From assembly GCF_009914755.1 (NCBI RefSeq), contig NC_060934.1: 64,000 bases of DNA; one strand, 5' to 3'. This document shows, piece after piece, positions 44,696 to 64,000 of this stretch (position 1 is the stretch's first letter; each line of letters opens with the position of its first letter). Position numbers and translations under genes: made by a program. This DNA comes from the human T2T-CHM13v2.0 reference genome, Homo sapiens. The notes under the pieces were generated by a model. That model saw only the letters and a list, made by a program, of their open reading frames with translations, was not told the DNA's origin and did not search any database.

Positions 44696-47600
44696 CAGAA
44701 GCTTTAAGAGATTTTTAAATTCATTTTTACTTTTTTTCTCCTTCATCTACCCAAGATTGTACTCCGTGAGGGGGTTTTTGAAGTAAATTTCATGACAGCA
44801 CATTATTCAGCAGTGAGTTTCGGACCATATGTTCCCATTTTTACAACTTTTGTGCACCCTAGGGTGTTTTCCCCTAGGAAATTGTTGTTATATTTCACAC
44901 ATGCAAAAATAAACGCCAGGTGATGTGAGGGGCACCCACACCCACCTTCCCGCTGAGAAATGCAGGCCGCCCCCAAGGGGAGCCCTCATCCTGCAGGTTT
45001 CCTCCCGAGTCCTGGAATTCTAAAATGCGCTCCTTGCACCTGGGACTCTTCCTGCCAGCTTCACTGGGGAAAGCTCCTCTCCACCTCCCCTGCTCCCTCC
45101 GGGCCTCTCACGGCTCCCCCCGCCCCTCCTCTGCCCCAGGGCCTGTGCTCCTACATCCCGGCAAGCCGCAGCCCCGACACTTCCTCCTAATTTCCTGACA
45201 CTCCCCACTCCCTGGCGGGACGTTTTACTCCTTGCTCTCCTTCCCACTGGAGGGCGCGCGCTTTCTAGCTGGCCGCGTGGGCAGGCAGAGGACCAGGTGC
45301 AGGCGGGCGCCAGAGGACAGAAGGTGGAAGTCAAGCGGTGTCTTGGCCGTCCAAGGTCCCAGCACAGGCACTCAGAACCCCTGAGCCCAGGGAGCTCCCA
45401 AGGGTCTCACTCTCCTCTGCGGTCTTTGCTGGCCGAGGGCAAGGCCGGGTGAGGACGGAGAGAAGCAGCTCCTCCCCACCACACACCCAGAGCTGGGAGG
45501 GGCCAGGATTCAGCACCCTCTAGGGGTGGGCACGGCAGACGCGGTGGGGACCTGGCGCTGAGGTCCTGGCTCCCACTCCAGCGTGGCCTGGTGGCTTCTC
45601 CCCGGTTGGGGTACCCTGCACAGGGGTTGTGGTGCCTCCCAAGGGCCAGCCCCGCCCTGACAACCTCTCCTCCAGCCAGGATGGGGTCCATACTCCATCG
45701 AGAGGGTTCCTGGCTTCAACACCCTCCACCAGCCTCATGCCACCAGGGCCCTGGTCATCCTGGGGACCCTGCAGAGGGCCTCCTGGGCCTGTCTTCCGGC
45801 GGGTGAGCCGGCCCTGCCTGTGGGTGTCTGGGGTGTGGCCTCCAGGCACCAAGCACCCGCTGGCTCCTGATACCTGCCTTTCTGGCTGTGGTGTGTCTCT
45901 GGCCTGGCGCCTGTTTCTGAGTCCCTGGAGAGAGCAGGTTCCTCGCAGGTGGCAGGCAGCCCTGTTTGTGTGTGCATGAGCCTGTGGGGGCACCTGGAGC
46001 TGAGCGGTGGCCTGTGCTGTCACCACCCGGGGTGGCAGGGCAGGGTCTGGCACTGCCACAGCTCCTGACAGAAGCTGCCTAGGCCTGGGTTGGCTCGGGC
46101 TTCTCGGCCAGGCCCTTCCCCAGCACTTCCTGCCCAGCCCCAGCTGCAGGACCTGCTGAAATCTGTGCTGTGGGAGCCCTGTCTCTGAGGGGTCACTGCA
46201 GTGACTCCAGAAAACCTGAGTCTCCTGATTCCAGGAGCACCGCTTGCAGCCTGCCACGTGCATGACCCAGCATGACCCGGACTCCTGAGCCAGGACCGAG
46301 TCCCCCTGACAGCGGGGAAGCGGCGGACCCTGGGGGCTGGCACCCGCCGTGGCCCTCCCCAGCCCACTGTGGCACTGAGGGGCTGCTCCCCTGGGAATGG
46401 CCCCTTCCTAGAGGCAGCCCTGGCCTGGCTTCGAGAGGGGCTCTGGGAACAGGCGGCCCCGGGTAGCTGACCACACCTGACCAGGCCAGTCTTTGGGAAG
46501 CCGCCCTCTCAGCCTATGCACTGCAGGGACACTGGGTGGAGAGGGCTGTGCCTCAGTGCCCCTGCAGGGCGGTGCAGCAGCTGGCCGTGCAGGGGGAGGG
46601 GGCCTTGCCTTCTGGCTCAGGGAGGAAGCGGCTGCTCTCAGCTGCCTTCGCCTCGCCTCCTGAGGCGGCTTTGGAACCCTCCTGAGGTTTGTGGCCCTGA
46701 AGTTCCTTCCTGAGACCCCGCAGGGGACTAAGCCCTCGGCCCAGGGGCACCGGGGAGGGCAGAACCTCAAGACAGGGGCCCGGGACACAGGACAGAGTGT
46801 GTGGGGCAGGTGTGCAGGCTGTGCCCAAGGGGCCTCGGGGTTGAAGGGGCTCTTGGAGATGATGTCGACATCGCGGTTCCTGAGCGGGTGCCCAGATCTG
46901 GATGAGCTGTTTTCTGGAGAAAGCAGGAAAGTGACGTCATTTTGTGGCTTCAGATTGACCGCAGCCTGGCAGAGAGGGAGTGGTGGCAGGAAGTGAGGCT
47001 GCTGGCTTCCCAGTCACGGCCTCCATGATCCACGTGTGGCAGCATGAATCACAGCTGCATCATGACACCCAGAGGGAAAGCAGCTCAAGCTGCAGTTTAA
47101 GGCGACTCCACGGAGGGCCCTGGCTTAGTTGTTGCACAGCATGGGGTCAGATGGATGCCCTGGAAGAGTCAGCAGAGACCCCCTGGCCTTTGGAGTTTGT
47201 CTCTGAGCGAGAGACACTGTTGGGATGACCGGCGAGTGGCGTTGGGTCCACATGGGGGCCCTGGTCCGGCTGAGTCTACTGAGCACAGGCCTGCCCCTTG
47301 CCACCCAGCTCTGCCCATATGTGGCCGTCATTCCTGGGCTTCACCTGGGAAACGTCCTTTGAGGCAGCTCAGCTTTTCCACAGTGGGTCACGTTGTTTGC
47401 TGCTGGAGACTGGCTGAGTCTGTGCTTCCAGTATAGGAAGGTTTAGGAGGCAGTCAGCAGGCCTCTCCTGTGGCCACTGTGCCCGAGGCAGGTGCCTGGG
47501 GTGAGAGGGATTCTTCCGGATGTGGCCGTGCACTGCCCAGCAGGCCTGGAGTGAACGTCTGTGTGGAGTCCGGGCTCCCATCCAGCATCCCTTAAGGGTC

Positions 47601-47744
47601 CTGATGGCTGGAGCTGGGGGAGGCAGGTATGGCAAGGGGCTTCCTGCACGCAGGAAAACTGGAGACCCCTGGTGAAAGAGCCAGGTGTGCACCTGCAGAG
47701 CCAGGCATGGGTCCACAGAGCCTGTCAAGCCTGGTTTACACCAC

Positions 47745-48297
47745 AGAGCTGGGTATGCGCTGAGAACCAGGTGTGCACGGAGAGCCAGGTGTACACTGCA
47801 GAGCCGCGTGTGCACTGAGAGCAGGTGTGCGCTGAGAACCAGGTGTGCAGAGAGAGCCAGGTGTGCACGGAGAATCAGGTCTGCAGAGAGAGCCAGGTGT
47901 GCACTGAGAACCAGGTGTGCACGGAGAATCAGGTCTGCAGAGAGAGCCAGGTGTGCACTGAGAACCAAGTGTGCAGAGTCAGGTGTGCGCTGCAGAGCCG
48001 GGTGTGCACTGAGAACCAGCTGTGCAGAGAGAGTCAGGTGTGCGCTGCAGAGCCGGGTGTGCACTGAGAACCAGGTGTGCAGAGAGAGTCAGGTGTGCGC
48101 TGCAGAGCCGGGTGTGCACTGAGAACCAGGTGTGCAGAGAGAGTCAGGTGTGCGCTGCAGAGCCGGGTGTGCACTGAGTCAGGTGTGCAGAGAGTCAGGT
48201 GTACACTGCAGAGCCGCGTGTGCACTGAGAGCAGGTGTGCATGGAGAGCCAGGTGTCTGTTGAGAACCAGGTGTGTGCAGAGAGCCAGGTGTGCACT
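47745..48297. repeat. Minisatellite of about 18-bp subunits (GAGAACCAGGTGTGCA) with a 55-bp higher-order unit
   Basis: Directly visible. It produces the TENQVC/RESQVC artefact ORFs. Confidence 0.9.
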
Positions 48298-48613
48298 GCA
48301 TATCTAAGTGCTCATGTGGAGTCTTGGGCTGGGCAGGTGCTGCCCAGGACCCTGGCTCTCTGGCTGTCTTCTGTGCATTTGGGGATGGGAGAAGGGGCTC
48401 GGCTCTGGCTGGAGGGCAGCCAGGCAGACTTGCCAGCCAGCACCGCCAGGTGATAAGAGCTGGTGCCCACAGGTACTCAGCAAATGTCTGCATTTTGGGG
48501 AGGGCTGGAGAAAATGAAGGCCATGCCCTCTCTGCAAGGCTCCGCACAGGCCCTGTTTCCCAGTCCTTCAGCCACAGGGTGTCCCGGCAACAAGGGTGCC
48601 AGGTCGCCTGCAC

Positions 48614-49551
48614 CCTGACTGTCTCCTGCGGAAAGGACAGCGCCTGCTCCTTGTCCTCCAGTAGCTGCTGGACTCCGGGGTCTGGGTGCTCTGGCGCCCG
48701 GCGGCTGGGTCCCCACTACAAGGTAGACACCAGCCTTGAATCCAACTGTCGAGGAAATGGGGTGGGCGGCGGAGGCTGGGGAGATCGGGAGGAAGGGAGG
48801 TATGGGCGGTTGGAGGGCTTGAGAGACAGGAACCCACCCTCTGCAAGTGCAGTGGCCTGTCCCCTCCAGAACGCTCTCATTCTTCGTGCTGAAGGGAGCT
48901 GGGGGCGTGGCAGGCCTGCGAGACGAATGGGCGCTATCAGCTCAGGGCTCTGCCTCGGAGGAGCCACCCGGAGGCAGCACCCATGGGTGTGGGGGCTTGG
49001 CCACAGGGGACGTCAGGCCTCCTCGGTGCAGCACCAGATGCGTCTAACAGCCTCCGCCCCGTGGGCGCCCACTCAGACTTGCTGCTCAGGTGCCTAGAGC
49101 AGAAGCCACCTCCTCAGAGGCCAGCGCGCCAGCCTGGCACCACGGGGACGCTCCCAGGGGGTGCCCAGAGGGAACGTGCGCATCGGGCGGGGTACTGCGG
49201 CGCGTGTGGGCCGTGAGCCCCGCCCTGTAGTCGGACACTGGAGTCCCGGATCCTACAGATCTGAAAGGCTGAGTCGGATGCAGCAAAGGCGAAGCGGGGT
49301 TCGCAGCCCCAGACTCTTGGGGGGGGGGGGGGGTCAGCGAGCAACCGGGAGGGGCGCCGCGGGCCATTCGCCGCTTCTCCTGGGCCGAGGGCGCAGGCCC
49401 CTGCCGCGGGGGCCCCTCGGACTCCACGACTTCGCGGACGCGCGCCCACCGCCATAGCTGAGGTCCCGGGCCAGGCGGCGCGTGGGTGGCTGAGCGGGAG
49501 CGCGTCCAGCCAGGCGTGGAGGCCGCGCGGGGCCGGGGTCGAGCCCAGCAT
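48614..49551 (-). pseudogene. Decayed SPEF1-like (sperm flagellar 1-like, CH domain plus coiled coil) unprocessed pseudogene
   Basis: Exon 1 49551-49450: MLGSTPAPRGLHAWLDALPLSH(P)-frameshift-TRRLARDLSYG|GT, compared with SPEF1 LYLWVDNIPLSRPKRNLSRDFSDG. Exon 48745-48614: ..TAG..DPGVQQLLEDKEQALSFPQETVR|GT, compared with SPEF1 AEKEQELLASQETVQ. SPEF1 sequence is from memory. Confidence 0.8.
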
Positions 49552-49900
49552 GGCGGGGGGGGTGCGGGGCAGTGGCCCGGACAAGGGCATGGGGCCGGAA
49601 GAGGCGGGGCCGTTGCCGGGAGACGAGACGGAATGGGCGGGGCGCGGGCGGGGCCGTTGCCGGGAGACGAGACGGAATGGGCGGGGCGCGGGCGGGGCCG
49701 TTGCCGGGAGACGAGACGGAATGGGCGGGGCGCGGGCGGGGCCGTTGCCGGGAGACGGGGCGGGGGCGGGGCCGGGCCATTGCCCGGAGACGGGGCGGGG
49801 CGGGGGTAGCGCGGGCTCCTCCGTGCATCGCGGCGAAGTCTTCTTGGGCGTGGGTTCCTGGATCGGATCGTCTGCCCGCGGGAGGGGCGGGACTGCTTAG
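49130..49900 (-). promoter_or_regulatory. CpG island with a 44-bp tandem repeat carrying X-box-like GTTGCCGGGAGAC and GC boxes
   Basis: GTTGCCGGGAGAC at 49612, 49656, 49700, 49744, with a degenerate copy at 49779. GGGCGGGG lies between them. Confidence 0.75.
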
Positions 49901-50064
49901 TTACGCTGGGGAGGGCCTGAGAAATCCAGGGAGAAAAGAAGGTGGCTTGACCTCATCTATTCGCAGTCTGCATTTTACCAAGCGCCGACCCTTGTATCTC
50001 GTGAACTGAAGCCCTCCATCCTTCCCCGCTGATCTAACAAGAATCTACAGAACTCGGTCAATAA

Positions 50065-50070
50065 TTTATT
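50065..50070 (-). terminator. ADAM8 poly(A) signal AATAAA
   Basis: TTTATT on the plus strand, about 715 nt past the stop, in the only AT-rich patch nearby. Confidence 0.85.
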
Positions 50071-50785
50071 AGTAAAATATACATTTCTCATTATTAAAGA
50101 ATAAAAGCTTTCAGCCCTGCTGAACACACATCTGAGGTCTCAAGAAAACCAGACAAGATAGCTGACTCTCCCACATAGCCCTTTCCATAAAGGCGATTCC
50201 TAAGCTTAAACACACACAAAGCTGGGGCTGTCCCTCTTGAATCCCATGGGAAACAGGCCCCAAGATCAGGGGACCTGGAGTCGGGAGCTTGGGGTGCAGT
50301 CTGCTCACTGACACCCTCTCGAAGAGCACGCAGGGGAACCTGGTCCTGGGATGGAGTCTTTCTGGGGATGCCCCACGTCTGTGCTGCCTGGAACCGGGTG
50401 CCCAGGGCAGCCGGCTCAGCAGGCCCCAGAGCAGGGGCAGGTGTGGCTGGGAGGGGCTGTATATGTGGCCTCCTGAACACAGCGGGAGACCAGCGGCCAC
50501 CTGGAGACACGTACACACACACGCACCCGCAAGCACACAGCTCATCCCAGCCTGGTGCCTGCAGACAGCTGGGGCTACACGTGGCCAAGGCGGGGAGAAG
50601 GAATTGGCTGAGGGCGTGGACAGCAGGAGCCTCTCAGGTAGATGCATTACTGAGGTTAGAACAGCAGCTGAGCCTGCAAAGTCAGGGTCTAGGGCTGAGC
50701 GGCACTAGCTGGACCGTGGAACGCTGGAACGCATGGCTTCTCTGCCGCAACTTCTCCAAATTTCCACACAGGCGCAGGTGCCCCC

Positions 50786-63208
<12,423 letters not shown>

Positions 63209-64000
63209 CTGCAGGAGGGAGGGTCAGCAGGCATGAGGGGCCGGGGGGCAGGTTTCCTTCCCAGAGGCCTCCTGGGCCCTCAGATTCTGTCTCTTGCTGG
63301 GCTTGACCCTCCCCTGGGGAACTCACCAGATAGCTCTGGGACAAAGACTCAAGTGAGGGTTCTGTGCCTAAAAGACCCCAGGAGCGCCCCCAGGCATGGC
63401 CGGTGGGCCTGTGTCCTGCAGCACCCACACACAGTGCTCAGAGACGCTGTGGGTGCCAGCGGGTGCCAGTGACTCCACAGGTCTCCAGGCTGTCTCAGAT
63501 CTCTGGAGGGGCCTGAGGGCAAGGATGAACCTTCCCCCCAGGGAGGAGGACTCGGGCCGCCGACCTGCCCGTTTCCATTCTCCTCCTCCATTCTTCTGAT
63601 CATCTGATCGCATCTAACTGGGGAGCAGGAAGTGCCTCCCGGAGGCTGTTCACCTCCCAAGAACTGGAAACTCCCTGGTATCCGAGAGCAGAGGGCAGGG
63701 TCCCAGCATGCAATGGGCAGGGTTTCGGAGACCACCAACCCCAGGACCCTTTGCTCCCATTAAAACACAATAGTGGACGTGTCTCCATGACCACATCTCC
63801 AACCTGGAGAGGCAGCAGGGGAGCAGCCAGCCCCTATCTGCCCAGGAAACTGGCGGGAAGCAACCCGGCCTCCAGCCTGAAGCTCCTCAGCACACCCCAG
63901 CCCAAGTCACTCCAGGAGCAGGGGTGGGATCCAGGGTCAGCAGCCCCATGTCCTCCCCCAGGCAGGAGACGGGTCCCCTCAGCCCACACCCCTGCACTCC

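Noticed and set aside
46100-46135. Minus-strand CAG|GTCCTGCAGCTG (VLQL) as a possible last SPEF1-like exon (SPEF1 VLQMKV..)
   Set aside because: Similarity stops after four residues and the pyrimidine tract is poor.

Overview
Human (GC-rich, Alu-dense, VNTR-rich) sequence recognisable as distal chr10q26.3. Gene order: the last 8 coding exons of KNDC1 (+), UTF1 (+, 2 exons, 341 aa) with its downstream SOX2/OCT4 element, VENTX (+, 3 exons, 258 aa), MIR202 in the intron of a short host transcript (-), and ADAM8 exons 2-23 (-; exon 1 lies beyond the window). Exon boundaries were traced by hand with GT/AG and phase checks. Gene names rest on recognising the translated proteins from memory, not on a database search. 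Main unexplained signal: an orphan CpG island just past the ADAM8 poly(A) site holds a decayed intron-containing SPEF1-like gene (CH-domain exon with a 1-nt frameshift, coiled-coil exon with an in-frame TAG) under a 44-bp repeat of RFX X-box-like and GC-box motifs. Also notable: a 255-bp near-perfect inverted duplication upstream of MIR202, a KNDC1 VNTR that copies the 5' splice site, a UG/GCAUG/p53-half-site VNTR, and an Alu expanded to five left monomers. Several coding alleles differ from the reference proteins as I recall them. Most ORFs in the supplied track are GC or repeat artefacts.
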